Below are positions 19,142 to 29,020 of a DNA stretch of 64,000 bases, one piece after another (position 1 is the first letter of the stretch; each line of letters opens with the position of its first letter). The stretch spans positions 3,200,001-3,264,000 of the forward strand of contig CBDCWG010000012.1 of assembly GCA_965223345.1 (NCBI GenBank), written 5' to 3'. Source of the DNA: Nitrospinales bacterium (lineage in GTDB: Bacteria > Nitrospinota > Nitrospinia > Nitrospinales > VA-1). The notes beneath the pieces were generated by a model. That model saw nothing but the letters and a program-made list of their open reading frames with translations, was not told where the DNA came from and did no database searches. The translations under genes were made by a program, and so were the position numbers.

Positions 19142-21570
19142 TCGCTCCTTTGCCTCAACGCGACCCGCTATCCCGCAGCGTTTTCCCATCGCCCAAGGCT
19201 TCTGCACGGTCCCGGCCGCTCCGGTTCGGTCTGGTTCTGCTCACCACCCTGTTTGCCTGCGTTGTGGTTTCCTCAGCCAGGGCCGAGACAAGACCCCTTC
19301 CCTCGACTTCGGACATGCCCGCATCGATCACGGTGGGCAGCAAGGTGTATGCCCTGAAAACCCTCACCAACCCGTTGCGCGAAGATGCGGTGAACCTGGA
19401 CAAGCACATCCGCGCAGGCGGTGAGGTTTACTTCAAGCATTGTTATCAGTGTCACGGCGACCTGCTGGATGGCGACGGCGTGTTCGGCGACCGTTTTCTG
19501 CCGCCGCCTGCGGATTTCACACACGAAGCCTCGATCCTGACCCTGCCCGAGTCCTACGCGTTCTGGCGCATCATCAAGGGCGGCCCCGGCCTGCCGGAGA
19601 AGTTCGCGCCCTGGGATTCGGCCATGCCGGCGTGGGAAAACCAGCTCGACGAGACACAGATCTGGCAGGTGATTCTCTACATCTTCTCGACGGCGGGAGA
19701 AAAACCGGCGGCGGAATCCGGCGGCGAACCTTCAGTGGCACGCGGCAAAGAGCTGTATTTTGACAAATGCGCCAACTGTCACGGCGAGACCGGCAAGGGG
19801 GACGGGCCTGCAGCGGCTTCCTCCAGCCCGCGGCCGCGCAAATTCCACAAAGGACAATACAAGTTTCGCAGCACGCCGTTCGGCAAGATCCCCACCGATC
19901 AGGACCTGTTCAACATGCTGAGGCGAAAATATCCGGGAACCACCATGCCGGACTGGTCGCACCTTTCCGAAACGGACCGCTGGAGCCTGGTGCTCTACCT
20001 CAAGACGCTGTCGAAAAAATTCCAGCGTTTCATCGACAAGGGGAAAAAGCACAAAATCGTCAGCGTCCCGGAACCACCGCCCTTCAATCTCGACAGCCTG
20101 ACGGCCGGCAAAGAGCTCTACATGATGAACTGTTCCGGCTGCCACGGTGTGAAAGGCCGCAGCGACGGGACCTCGACCAAGAAGATCGTGGACATCGCCA
20201 CGGACGCGATCTATCCGCGAAACCTGACGAAACCCTGGCTGTTCCGGCGCGGCAGCGCGCGCAAGCACCTGTTCCTGACGCTGCGCACCGGCCTGTCTGG
20301 AACGGCGATGCCGCGGTTTTCCGACCGGGTGTTCAAGGATCAGAAAATCTGGGACATGGTTCATTATGTGGAAACGCTGTCGCCTCCGCGACGGCCGCAG
20401 GTACGGCCGCGCATCAAGGTGAACCGCATCGTGGGCGAGTTGCCCGCAACGCGCGTCGATCCTCTGTGGAATCACGCCGAATCGTTTTTCATCCCGCTGG
20501 GTGGGCAGATCCTGGCCGCGGACAAGGCGCACCACCCGACGGTGCAGGATATCTCCGTGAAAGCGCTGCACAACGGCGACTCCATCGCGCTGTACCTGCA
20601 CTGGGACGACCCCTCGGTGGACCCGATCCTCAAAACCCTGACCTCCGTGGAAGAATCGCCGCCGCCGCCGTTGCCGCTGCACCTGCAGATCGATGAGGGC
20701 GAAGAGGATGCCGGCGACGGCCCGCCGGAAGCGCAGAAATTTCCCGATTCGGTGGCGGTCCAGTTTCCGGCGCAGCTTGCGTCAGACGGAACCCGGCCGT
20801 ATTTTTTGAACGGCGACGCCCGCCATCCGGTGAACCTGTGGAAATGGAATTCCTTTCCTTTGAAATCGCTGGAAATGAACGCGCGCGGGCTCACGCAATG
20901 GAACGCGCAGCCGGCAAACAACCAGGCGCTGCAGTCGAACGCGGTGTATGAATTCGGGCGCTACCACCTGGTGATCCAGAGAAAGCTGAAAACGCTGGAC
21001 TTCATCAACGACATCCAGTTTTCTACGGCGCAGCCGGTGCCGATCGCGTTCAATGTGTGGGACGGTTCGCAAGGCGAGACGGGAACGAAAAAAGCCATCT
21101 CAAGTTGGTTTGAATTGATGCTGGAGGAGAAGGCATTGCCGGAAGCGGTCACCAAGCGGGTGCTTCCCAAACCGGAACCGCTGCCGGAACTGGAACCCAG
21201 GATGCTGATCGAGGAAACACTGAGGCCGGAGCCGGAACCCAAGACGCTGATCGAAGAAACGCTGAAGCCGGAGCCGGAACCCAAGACGCTGATCGAAGAA
21301 ACGCTGAAGCCGGAGCCGGTGGCGCCGCTTTCGGAAGCCAGACCTCTTCCCAAACCGGTGCAGCCCAAGCCGGTCAAACGCCGCAAGGTCGAACCGGCGC
21401 CCGACGCTCCCTTGCCGCCGATGGGCGACATCCCGATGCAGGAGCCGGAACCGCTGCCGCCTTCGCTGATGCAACCCACTGCGCCCGAAGCGGAAGTATT
21501 GCCGGAACCCACCGATCCGGATACAACCTTGCCGGTCGAGCTGCCGATCCCGCCTTCGAAAAACCGTTAG
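19138..21570 (+). CDS. Triheme c-type cytochrome fused to an ethylbenzene-dehydrogenase-gamma-like (EB_dh) domain and Pro-rich tail
   Basis: CYQCH, CANCH, CSGCH, each followed by an MP motif. IALYLHWDD, DSVAVQFP, PVNLWKW and AFNVWDG..GE are EB_dh-like. Confidence 0.82.
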   Translation: MIAPLPQRDPLSRSVFPSPKASARSRPLRFGLVLLTTLFACVVVSSARAETRPLPSTSDMPASITVGSKVYALKTLTNPLREDAVNLDKHIRAGGEVYFKHCYQCHGDLLDGDGVFGDRFLPPPADFTHEASILTLPESYAFWRIIKGGPGLPEKFAPWDSAMPAWENQLDETQIWQVILYIFSTAGEKPAAESGGEPSVARGKELYFDKCANCHGETGKGDGPAAASSSPRPRKFHKGQYKFRSTPFGKIPTDQDLFNMLRRKYPGTTMPDWSHLSETDRWSLVLYLKTLSKKFQRFIDKGKKHKIVSVPEPPPFNLDSLTAGKELYMMNCSGCHGVKGRSDGTSTKKIVDIATDAIYPRNLTKPWLFRRGSARKHLFLTLRTGLSGTAMPRFSDRVFKDQKIWDMVHYVETLSPPRRPQVRPRIKVNRIVGELPATRVDPLWNHAESFFIPLGGQILAADKAHHPTVQDISVKALHNGDSIALYLHWDDPSVDPILKTLTSVEESPPPPLPLHLQIDEGEEDAGDGPPEAQKFPDSVAVQFPAQLASDGTRPYFLNGDARHPVNLWKWNSFPLKSLEMNARGLTQWNAQPANNQALQSNAVYEFGRYHLVIQRKLKTLDFINDIQFSTAQPVPIAFNVWDGSQGETGTKKAISSWFELMLEEKALPEAVTKRVLPKPEPLPELEPRMLIEETLRPEPEPKTLIEETLKPEPEPKTLIEETLKPEPVAPLSEARPLPKPVQPKPVKRRKVEPAPDAPLPPMGDIPMQEPEPLPPSLMQPTAPEAEVLPEPTDPDTTLPVELPIPPSKNR
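21184..21318 (+). repeat. 42-bp coding tandem repeat (~3.2 copies, PEPEPKTLIEETLK)
   Basis: 21226-21267 and 21268-21309 are identical. 21184-21225 is a diverged copy. Confidence 0.9.
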
Positions 21571-21600
21571 ACCTGCCGCACGGTCAGCGATACTCTGCGT

Positions 21601-22863
21601 TCAGGAACCGCCGGCAAATTCCCGCAGGGTGAGCGAGCGGAGATAGGCCAAAAGATCCGCCACGTCCTGCACTTCCAATAGATCCTTGAAGTTGCCCGGC
21701 ATCATCGAAATCTTCTGGGTTTTGTATTTTTTGATGGTTTCCTTAGGGATGTGCAGCTCGTTGCCTTCCTTGTCGATGATGTCCAGCCCCTGGTCGTCTT
21801 CCCGCAGTTTGATTCCGGTGATGAACTTGCGTTCTTTCGTCAATATGAGAACGGTGGCGTAACCGGCGGTGATCACCGCTTTCGGGTCGATCAGCGATTC
21901 CAGCAGAAAGCCGGGCGTGCGGCTGCTGCCGACATGGCTGAGGTCCGGGCCGACCTCCCCGCCTTCGCCGTCCACCTTGTGGCATTTGGAGCAATAGACC
22001 ACACCCTCGGGATCGAAAAACAATGCGCGGCCGCGTTCGGGATCGCCGGGCGTTTCCAGATACGGTTTCCATTCCTCAGGAATTGGAGCCTCTTCCGGTT
22101 GCAGGCTTTTCAGGTAGGCGGCGATGGCGCGGGCGTCTTCGGATTCCAGCGCCACATCGGGCATCTGCGTTTCGGATTTGTACGCCTGGGGATGGCTGAC
22201 CCAGGCGTACACCCATTCGGGGCTGTAGAAAAAACCGGCGCGGGTCAGCTCCGGCCCGATCTTGCCGCCTTCCTCGCCGATCCGGTGGCAGGCGAAGCAG
22301 CTCTTTTTCTTCTTGAACAGTTTTTCCCCGCGTTTGAGGGTTTCCGGGTCGCTGTCGGTTTCGATGAGCCATTGCGCGAACGCTTCGAGCTCTTCCTGAG
22401 TGACGGGCGGATGCCGCGGCCGTTCGTTTTCCACGTCCTCAGGCAGGCTCACAGGATGCGAGCCGTCTTCAGAAAAGCTGCGTATGTAGGCGACCAGCGC
22501 CCAGATCTCGGCCTGGGACAGGGTTTTGCCGAAGGGCGGCATGAGATGGGATTTGCGCACCCCGGCGCCGCCTTTCTGGATCACGCGGAATATCTGGTGA
22601 TTAGTTTTCTTGCGCTGAAACTTGGCGTCGGACAATTCGGCGGGTTCTTTGTCGAGGAATTCGGCGTTGTAGCCATCGCCGTCGCCGTTGATCCCGTGAC
22701 AGTGGGCGCAGAATTTCTGGAACAGTTTTTTCCCCTGGTTCACCAGGGCGGGCGGCGTCTGGTGCCGGGCTGCGACGGTGGTGTCGTCACCGCCTGCGCA
22801 GACCTGCGTCGTGAATGGCATGCAGATCCACCCCAACACAAAAAAGAGCAAACTTTTTTTCAT
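21601..22863 (-). CDS. Triheme c-type cytochrome (three class-I-like domains)
   Basis: CAHCH, CFACH, CSKCH, with GPELT/GPDLS and MP motifs, and a signal peptide. Confidence 0.88.
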   Translation of the reverse strand: MKKSLLFFVLGWICMPFTTQVCAGGDDTTVAARHQTPPALVNQGKKLFQKFCAHCHGINGDGDGYNAEFLDKEPAELSDAKFQRKKTNHQIFRVIQKGGAGVRKSHLMPPFGKTLSQAEIWALVAYIRSFSEDGSHPVSLPEDVENERPRHPPVTQEELEAFAQWLIETDSDPETLKRGEKLFKKKKSCFACHRIGEEGGKIGPELTRAGFFYSPEWVYAWVSHPQAYKSETQMPDVALESEDARAIAAYLKSLQPEEAPIPEEWKPYLETPGDPERGRALFFDPEGVVYCSKCHKVDGEGGEVGPDLSHVGSSRTPGFLLESLIDPKAVITAGYATVLILTKERKFITGIKLREDDQGLDIIDKEGNELHIPKETIKKYKTQKISMMPGNFKDLLEVQDVADLLAYLRSLTLREFAGGS

Positions 22864-22984
22864 CAATCCTGAATCAGGTTCGGTTTATTTCGTTGAATTT
22901 CAAGAATGATATCTCAAATCCCCGCGGGAATCATTAAAAGAATCGGGAGCCAAACGGTTTTTCGAGTTCTCTGCGCTGTGCGGC

Positions 22985-23020
22985 AAAAAAAAAGCAAGGG
23001 GACCCGATGGGTCCCCTTGC
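22985..23020 (-). terminator. Intrinsic terminator after multicopper oxidase copy 1
   Basis: 12-bp stem GCAAGGGGACCC/GGGTCCCCTTGC followed by U9 on the minus strand. Confidence 0.88.
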
Positions 23021-23043
23021 CAGATGTTGCGGTTACTGCAGAA

Positions 23044-26000
23044 CTAGCGGTTCATGGACAATCTTTCCTCCCCGACCGCCGGAGTCGAATCGGCTTTCTT
23101 ACCCGATCCGCTTCCTTTGCTCAGAGGCAGGATGGACTGCTCACCCGCAGGAAGCACCTTGAAGTAACCCCACTGACCTGCCTGCTGATAAGGCGTTCTC
23201 GCATTCAGCCACAGGTAAGTGCCGGGGTTCTGGTAGGTGCCGCCGGCTTTGAAGAAGGCCTGGATGTACTCACCGCCACCGAACTCTTCAACGTCGATCA
23301 TATCGGAGTTCTCCTGCATGATGTGGCGGCGCCACTGATGGCCGTCCAGGTTGAACATCTGGTTCTGCTCGTTGTGCGCGCCGAACACGTTGATCATCAC
23401 CTGATCTCCGGCATGTGCTTTGATCACCGGAGTCGCAGGATCGCTGTCCGCCGCGACGCAGGGCGTGAAGATATTGCCCAGATCACAACCTTCATCCTCG
23501 CGGTAGCTCCAGGGCTCCAACCGGTAGTTGACGCCCGTGAGACCCGCCACGTTCTGCAGATAAGGCATGAACGAGGTGCCGAGGATGTTGTCTTCATCCT
23601 GGAAGTACAGAGCGAAATCGCGGTAGTTCTCGAGATGCTCGTTTCCGGGATAGGATTTATCGACGATGACGTCCGCTTTCCAGGAGTTGGCCAAAGAGAT
23701 ATCCTTGCCGGTCTCAGGATCGCGGTACACCGAACCGCGCGGTCCGATGATGATCGCGCCGTACATGCCGTCGCGAACGTTGGTCGTCAGGTTGCCGAAA
23801 TCCCACAGCAATGCGCCGTTCAGACCGTAGTCCGGATGGGCATAATACGTGTAGGTCTTCGACTTGCCAGGCGCCACCGTCTGATCTCCGGGGTTGTTCC
23901 CCACGTTGATCCCCTGGGAATCCATGGGATCGAACGCCACGTTGTTGGCGTGCAGGGACGCGTTCCCTTCTTTCAGGCGGTTGGTCAGCTTGATCTTGAT
24001 GCAGTCGCCGATGTTCGCGCGAATGGTCAGAGGATGCGGCATCCCTCCATCGTCCGCCGCTTTGCTGACTTCACCCTCGAGAGCGAAGATCTTGGCGTTG
24101 GCGTTCGCAAGCAAAAGCTTGCGCTCGAAATCCACCTCGATCTCATCCTCGGTGTTGGGATTGAACTTCAACGCTTTGTTGATCGCCACCACGCTGAAGT
24201 TTTTCACCGGGGCGTCTTTCGGGCAAAGCGTCTTTTTGGCTTTCTTCGCAAAATCACGATTGCCGGGAAGCACTTTCAGGTCTTTCTGCAACTTGTCATG
24301 CACCCGAATGATGCCCCAACTGCCCTCGGAAAGATGCGAAGTCCTTCCATCGTAGTACAGGTAGTCGCCGGCCATCTGCTGGTATCCACCCGCAGTGGTC
24401 GCCAGGTCGTACCGTTCCGCGATGCCCACATGCAGCGCGTTGGTGACCCTCGAATCGCGGTCGTAACGCTCGGGCCGGTAACCGTGACCGGATACCACCC
24501 AAGTGTGGGTTTCGTTCATCATGCCGTGCAGAACCCGGAACATGATGTTATCGCCCACATAGGCGCGCAACATCGGAGTCACAGGATCTCCATGCACTTT
24601 ACTGCTGAACAGCTTGGAAGCGTCCTTATTGGCTTTCAACCGCGAGGACAAAGAAGCCGCCCTGAAGTTGAAACCGCCTCCAGTGGTGTGCGTGCCGCCG
24701 TTCAGATACGGGAACGCCACTTCAAGCATGTCGTCCGGCATCTGGAACGAGATGGACTGACCGGCTGCGATGGCATTCTTGCGGGACAGGCCCGGAGGAT
24801 TGCCTTCGTTCACCAGCTGCGCGGTGTGCGGCACGGTGTCGTGCAACTGTGCCACCAGCTCGCGGAAACTGCCATTACGCCCGTAGGCGAAAGGCTCGGA
24901 ACCATGGATGTCGGCAACCGGACCGCTGCGGATCTCCTTACCCGTTTTGGGATCGTGATACGTGGATCCCCAGGGCTCGACGATCGTCGTTCCGATGCCG
25001 CCGTGCGGCCAGGTGGTCGCGCCGAACGCATGGTCGTGCCAGAACACGAGTCCCAGGTCCGCATCGACCCACCAGCGGTAACGCACGAACTCGGTGCTCA
25101 CGATCTCACCCGCCTTGTGAGCGTGCTTCATGCCCTCAGTGAAGGTGATCTTGTACTTTCCGTCCTTGGCCGGGTTCTTGTTCGGATCCGGACTCATGGA
25201 CTTGATCCAGCGCGCGTCCTTGCCGTTGGGCACCTCGATACCGACGATGATATCCGTACCCACATGGAAGGCCGTTGCGCCTTTCGCCATCTCGATCTCG
25301 ACGGTGGTGTCGCCAGCCTTCGTGGCTTTCAAAAGCTTGGCGTTCATCGGGACCGGCATGCCGACATGGTGGCCGTCCTTCATCTTCTTGCTGAACTGCG
25401 TGTAGGGCCTCATGGACTGATCGTATGAGAACCCGGAAATCACGCCGTCGGAGGCCTGATTGTCGAACTGGAAGAAATGCGGATGGATGTTCAACTTCGA
25501 CATCTGGAAGTTCGTGAAGTCGTCGTCGTTCCATTCGCTGGTGAGCAGAAGGTCCACGCAGTCATACACGTTGGCGCGGATGACCAGAGGAATCGCCTTC
25601 TTGGGATCGGCTTTCACCGCCGCCATTTCTTCATCGATCACGTAGATGAGGCCGTACTTGTCGATGACGGGAGGCGTGTCTCCCACAGCCGGGGTCAGCT
25701 CGATGGGCGTGTTGATGAAGTGCAGGTTGTACTGCTTTCTGCCCGCGCCTTTGGGGCACAGACTCCAGCGGCCCTGCTCGCCGGGTTTCGCGGGTGCGCT
25801 GCTTTCCACGTTCGGCCCGGATTTGCCGCTGCCTGATTCCGTATCGAGGATCTCATCGTCCGGCATCAGGTGGAACGGTTCCAGCCAGGGTGCGCCGCCG
25901 TGATGACGGGCGAACGGAACCCGCTTGCCGAAATGCGGCGTCATGTGCGGCCACGCCAGTTTCCCGGTCCCCGGAGCGAACTGAATCGGATGCCGCTTGC

Positions 26001-28005
26001 CGGGATGGGGGGAAATGTACTTGACCACTTTATACGTCGCTTCGGGTTCGGACAGGGCCGTGTTGCCTTTCCAGCCGTAATCCCAGACCGAACCGTCGTA
26101 AGCGAGGATCTGGCCCTTCTCATCGTCGGTGTGACCGGGTTTGCCCTGAGGCGGCAGCATGTACTTCACCCAGTCCTTGACGTTGACGACCGGCGTTTTC
26201 TGGGTCCAGTCGCTTTTGCCATTGCTGACAATTTTAAACTTCTTGCCAAACCAGTCCATGGTCTTGCCGACCAGTTTGTCGGAGCTGACCCCTTTCGGGA
26301 TCCGGCCCTTACGGTCGGGAAGCTCCTGCAAGGGACGCATGACGTCGGTGCTGCCGAACGGATAGTTGCCGTCCTGCAGCGTGTTGTACACGCGCCAGTA
26401 GCCCCACATGCCCGCAACGTAGTGATGCGCCACATGGCAATGGAACAGAAAGTCGCCTGCGAGGCGCTGACACAAACCGGAACCGCACTCGGTCTCAAGG
26501 TCCAGTGCTTCGGAAGGACCGATGACTTCCACGTCCACGCGGTCGGTCGTGGTGCGCACAACCGGGTACTTGACCGGACCATCGTAGGCCGCGGTGATCA
26601 AACTGTCGATTCCCGGCTCGCGCTTGGGAGAGCGGGTCCAGCGGATGGATCCGCCATGCGGATGATGGGAATGGAACACTTCACCGCCACCGTGAATCAG
26701 GCGGAATTTCACCGGATCGCCCAGGTAGGACCGGGGAACCGTCGTCGGAACATCTCCGAAAGTGTAGGAGCTGTAGGACAGGGATTCGTCCTCATAGTGA
26801 AACATCTTTCCTTGAACCGCGAGGTTGTTGATGCCGAACGGCTCACTGCGGTAATTCATCGCACGCGCGGAAGGACGGTAGGCGTCCGTAAGAGGATCAC
26901 GCTGCGGAATCATCTCGCCGTGACGGTTCAGGGGACGGAAAGACTCGTCGCCGACTTCGTGATAGAACAATACGAATTCACGGAAGTCTTTGTCTTCGTC
27001 GTTGGAGATCATCGCCATCCAGCCGTTCTCCAATGGACCGCCGGTCCACGGATCGAGATACTTGGAACCCTTCGGCTCGACGATGAACGCGCCGATCAGA
27101 CCCAATGAAGAAGGATCGCGGCCGGCATGACTCTGAATCATGTGGCTGCCTTCCTGCTCGTCGATGGGAATGTACCACTCGAAATCCTGCGATTCGCCGG
27201 AAGAAATGATAGAGCCGGCAGAAGCGGCACTCGCCGGCGCACCGGAGGAGCTGATGATCATCGCGGAACCGTTGACCTGGAATCCGACGTCTTCATCTTC
27301 CACTTCGTTGCGAACCTTGAAGCGCACGCAATCGCCCTGGTTCGCTCTTAGAACCATGGGTGCAATCGCATCTCCCTGGAAACCCGTGGATACGGCGCCC
27401 GGATCGAGATTTTTTTCATCCTCTCGAGCCTTGCGGTTCTTTTTCTCTTCTTCCCGGACCCTAGGAACATCTTTGGTCAGAGCGTACATGTAGCCGGGAT
27501 AGTAGTCGCCCCACTGGTTCAACGTGACTTCCACGTTGATCGCGGTCACGTCGTAAGACTTGACCGGAGCGGAACTGGGACAATGCGCCCCTTTGTACAC
27601 CTTGTCCGCGGCTTCGGAGGGCCCCAGCAGATAGCTCTGGCCGAGCTGATGCGCCGACCAGGAATCGTGGAAGCCGCCGCCCGAGGAAGCCGGTGCGGCG
27701 TGCTCTTTGAGCTTGCCCTGCAGGCGGTCCATGAGCTTCATGAATGTCTGATTCATGCGCTCCTGGCGGTTTTCCATGCCGCTCATCATCTCCTCGGTAT
27801 TGACCTGCTCTTCCAGCTTTTTAAGCCAGGCCGGCTGGTCTACCGCAGGGCCGATGCTCGAGGGCTCGCCATGCATGGAATGGTCCATTTTCATCTGTGC
27901 GCCTGCGGGAAGCCCCCATCCCAGGACCAGGAAGGCCACGAGCGGAATCAATAGGATCCCCACGCTCAGGCCGCGCACCCGATTAGGAAATTGCCTTTGC
28001 TTCAT
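23044..28005 (-). CDS. Giant multicopper oxidase, MnxG-like (1653 aa), copy 1
   Basis: Copper motifs HSHHPH, HCHVAHHYVAGM, HPH and WHDH. Repeated cupredoxin-domain starts (LRANQGD, IRANVYD, LRAYVGD, IRANIGD, IKAHAGD). Signal peptide. Confidence 0.88.
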   Translation of the reverse strand: MKQRQFPNRVRGLSVGILLIPLVAFLVLGWGLPAGAQMKMDHSMHGEPSSIGPAVDQPAWLKKLEEQVNTEEMMSGMENRQERMNQTFMKLMDRLQGKLKEHAAPASSGGGFHDSWSAHQLGQSYLLGPSEAADKVYKGAHCPSSAPVKSYDVTAINVEVTLNQWGDYYPGYMYALTKDVPRVREEEKKNRKAREDEKNLDPGAVSTGFQGDAIAPMVLRANQGDCVRFKVRNEVEDEDVGFQVNGSAMIISSSGAPASAASAGSIISSGESQDFEWYIPIDEQEGSHMIQSHAGRDPSSLGLIGAFIVEPKGSKYLDPWTGGPLENGWMAMISNDEDKDFREFVLFYHEVGDESFRPLNRHGEMIPQRDPLTDAYRPSARAMNYRSEPFGINNLAVQGKMFHYEDESLSYSSYTFGDVPTTVPRSYLGDPVKFRLIHGGGEVFHSHHPHGGSIRWTRSPKREPGIDSLITAAYDGPVKYPVVRTTTDRVDVEVIGPSEALDLETECGSGLCQRLAGDFLFHCHVAHHYVAGMWGYWRVYNTLQDGNYPFGSTDVMRPLQELPDRKGRIPKGVSSDKLVGKTMDWFGKKFKIVSNGKSDWTQKTPVVNVKDWVKYMLPPQGKPGHTDDEKGQILAYDGSVWDYGWKGNTALSEPEATYKVVKYISPHPGKRHPIQFAPGTGKLAWPHMTPHFGKRVPFARHHGGAPWLEPFHLMPDDEILDTESGSGKSGPNVESSAPAKPGEQGRWSLCPKGAGRKQYNLHFINTPIELTPAVGDTPPVIDKYGLIYVIDEEMAAVKADPKKAIPLVIRANVYDCVDLLLTSEWNDDDFTNFQMSKLNIHPHFFQFDNQASDGVISGFSYDQSMRPYTQFSKKMKDGHHVGMPVPMNAKLLKATKAGDTTVEIEMAKGATAFHVGTDIIVGIEVPNGKDARWIKSMSPDPNKNPAKDGKYKITFTEGMKHAHKAGEIVSTEFVRYRWWVDADLGLVFWHDHAFGATTWPHGGIGTTIVEPWGSTYHDPKTGKEIRSGPVADIHGSEPFAYGRNGSFRELVAQLHDTVPHTAQLVNEGNPPGLSRKNAIAAGQSISFQMPDDMLEVAFPYLNGGTHTTGGGFNFRAASLSSRLKANKDASKLFSSKVHGDPVTPMLRAYVGDNIMFRVLHGMMNETHTWVVSGHGYRPERYDRDSRVTNALHVGIAERYDLATTAGGYQQMAGDYLYYDGRTSHLSEGSWGIIRVHDKLQKDLKVLPGNRDFAKKAKKTLCPKDAPVKNFSVVAINKALKFNPNTEDEIEVDFERKLLLANANAKIFALEGEVSKAADDGGMPHPLTIRANIGDCIKIKLTNRLKEGNASLHANNVAFDPMDSQGINVGNNPGDQTVAPGKSKTYTYYAHPDYGLNGALLWDFGNLTTNVRDGMYGAIIIGPRGSVYRDPETGKDISLANSWKADVIVDKSYPGNEHLENYRDFALYFQDEDNILGTSFMPYLQNVAGLTGVNYRLEPWSYREDEGCDLGNIFTPCVAADSDPATPVIKAHAGDQVMINVFGAHNEQNQMFNLDGHQWRRHIMQENSDMIDVEEFGGGEYIQAFFKAGGTYQNPGTYLWLNARTPYQQAGQWGYFKVLPAGEQSILPLSKGSGSGKKADSTPAVGEERLSMNR

Positions 28006-28429
28006 AAATTACCTCCTCAATTGAAAAAAATAATCCTCACCAACCACTGCTAAACCACCGGCTTTGAGAACCGGCCTTCTGATATCGATTCACCCCCTTG
28101 GAATTGAGAAAATTATGGGCTGTACGATCCTGTTTCTCGTGGAGGCCAAAGCCGCCTTTTTTACGGAATGGAGGACTGGGTTGGAGACAGGCCTTTAAAA
28201 TTCAATCTGTTAAGGCGAGGAGCGTAAACCCCGGCAAAATAACACCTCCCGATTTCCTCCCGTAGAAGAAAAAAACAATAAGGAAGATACATCGAGGTAT
28301 GAATTATTCCCTCAATCACTTTATTTTTTTGGATTTTTTCGGGTACGAAACGGCAGGCGGAATTCGCGAAAAATACGGCCTCACCGGGCTCGCAGAAAGC
28401 GGAAAATTTCCCCGGAAGGGAGAAAATTA

Positions 28430-29020
28430 TCAGTCCTGATTGATGGGGTGCGCGGGGTTTTCCGAGTTGAAGAATTCGGACTGCATGAGCAGCTGTTTCA
28501 GGTGCACTTTGGCGCGGGCCAGGCGCGACATGACGGTGCCGATGGGGATGTCGAGGATTTCGGATATCTCTTTGTAGGAGCGGTTCTCAAAATAGAACAG
28601 GATGATGGGAAATTTGAGCCGCTCGTTGAGCTTGTCCAGGGCTTCCTGCACCCTTTGCTTCAATTCGTTTTGAATATATTCGTTTTCCGGATCGAGAGGC
28701 TGCTTGGTGTGCAGGTTTTCGCATACGGTGTCGAACTCGAGCTCCAGCCAGTTTTTCCGCTTTTTGATGTCCTTGAGAAAGAGATTTCTCAGGATCGAAA
28801 ACAGCCAGTATTTGCACTTCTCCCGATCCTTGAGCTGGTGGAAGTTCTTCAAGGCGTAGTAAAACGTCTCCTGAACCAGATCCTCCGCATGCTCCTTTTC
28901 ACGGCACAGCCGGTAGGCGGCCCCTAAAATAATGGGGCCGTTGGGGTGCAGATGATTGGAATAATCTTCAATTTCCGCCTGATTTTGGAGACTCTCTTTG
29001 AACCGTATTAAAAATTCCAA
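28430..29020 (-). CDS. ECF-type RNA polymerase sigma factor
   Basis: AEDLVQETF, WLFSILRN and SYKEISEILDIPIGTVMSRLARA (regions 2 and 4). TTG start. Confidence 0.92.
   Translation of the reverse strand: MEFLIRFKESLQNQAEIEDYSNHLHPNGPIILGAAYRLCREKEHAEDLVQETFYYALKNFHQLKDREKCKYWLFSILRNLFLKDIKKRKNWLELEFDTVCENLHTKQPLDPENEYIQNELKQRVQEALDKLNERLKFPIILFYFENRSYKEISEILDIPIGTVMSRLARAKVHLKQLLMQSEFFNSENPAHPINQD

Noticed and set aside
21184..21318. Tandem repeat considered as a CRISPR array
   Set aside because: No spacers, in-frame coding repeat, and no cas genes in the window.
22906..25428. 840-aa plus-strand ORF, and its 739-aa counterpart at 30921-33140
   Set aside because: Antisense shadows of the oxidases. 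Their mutual similarity only reflects the gene duplication.
23044..28005. Assigning the gene symbol mnxG and a manganese-oxidase function
   Set aside because: Family resemblance is supported, but substrate and orthology cannot be established without searches or assays.
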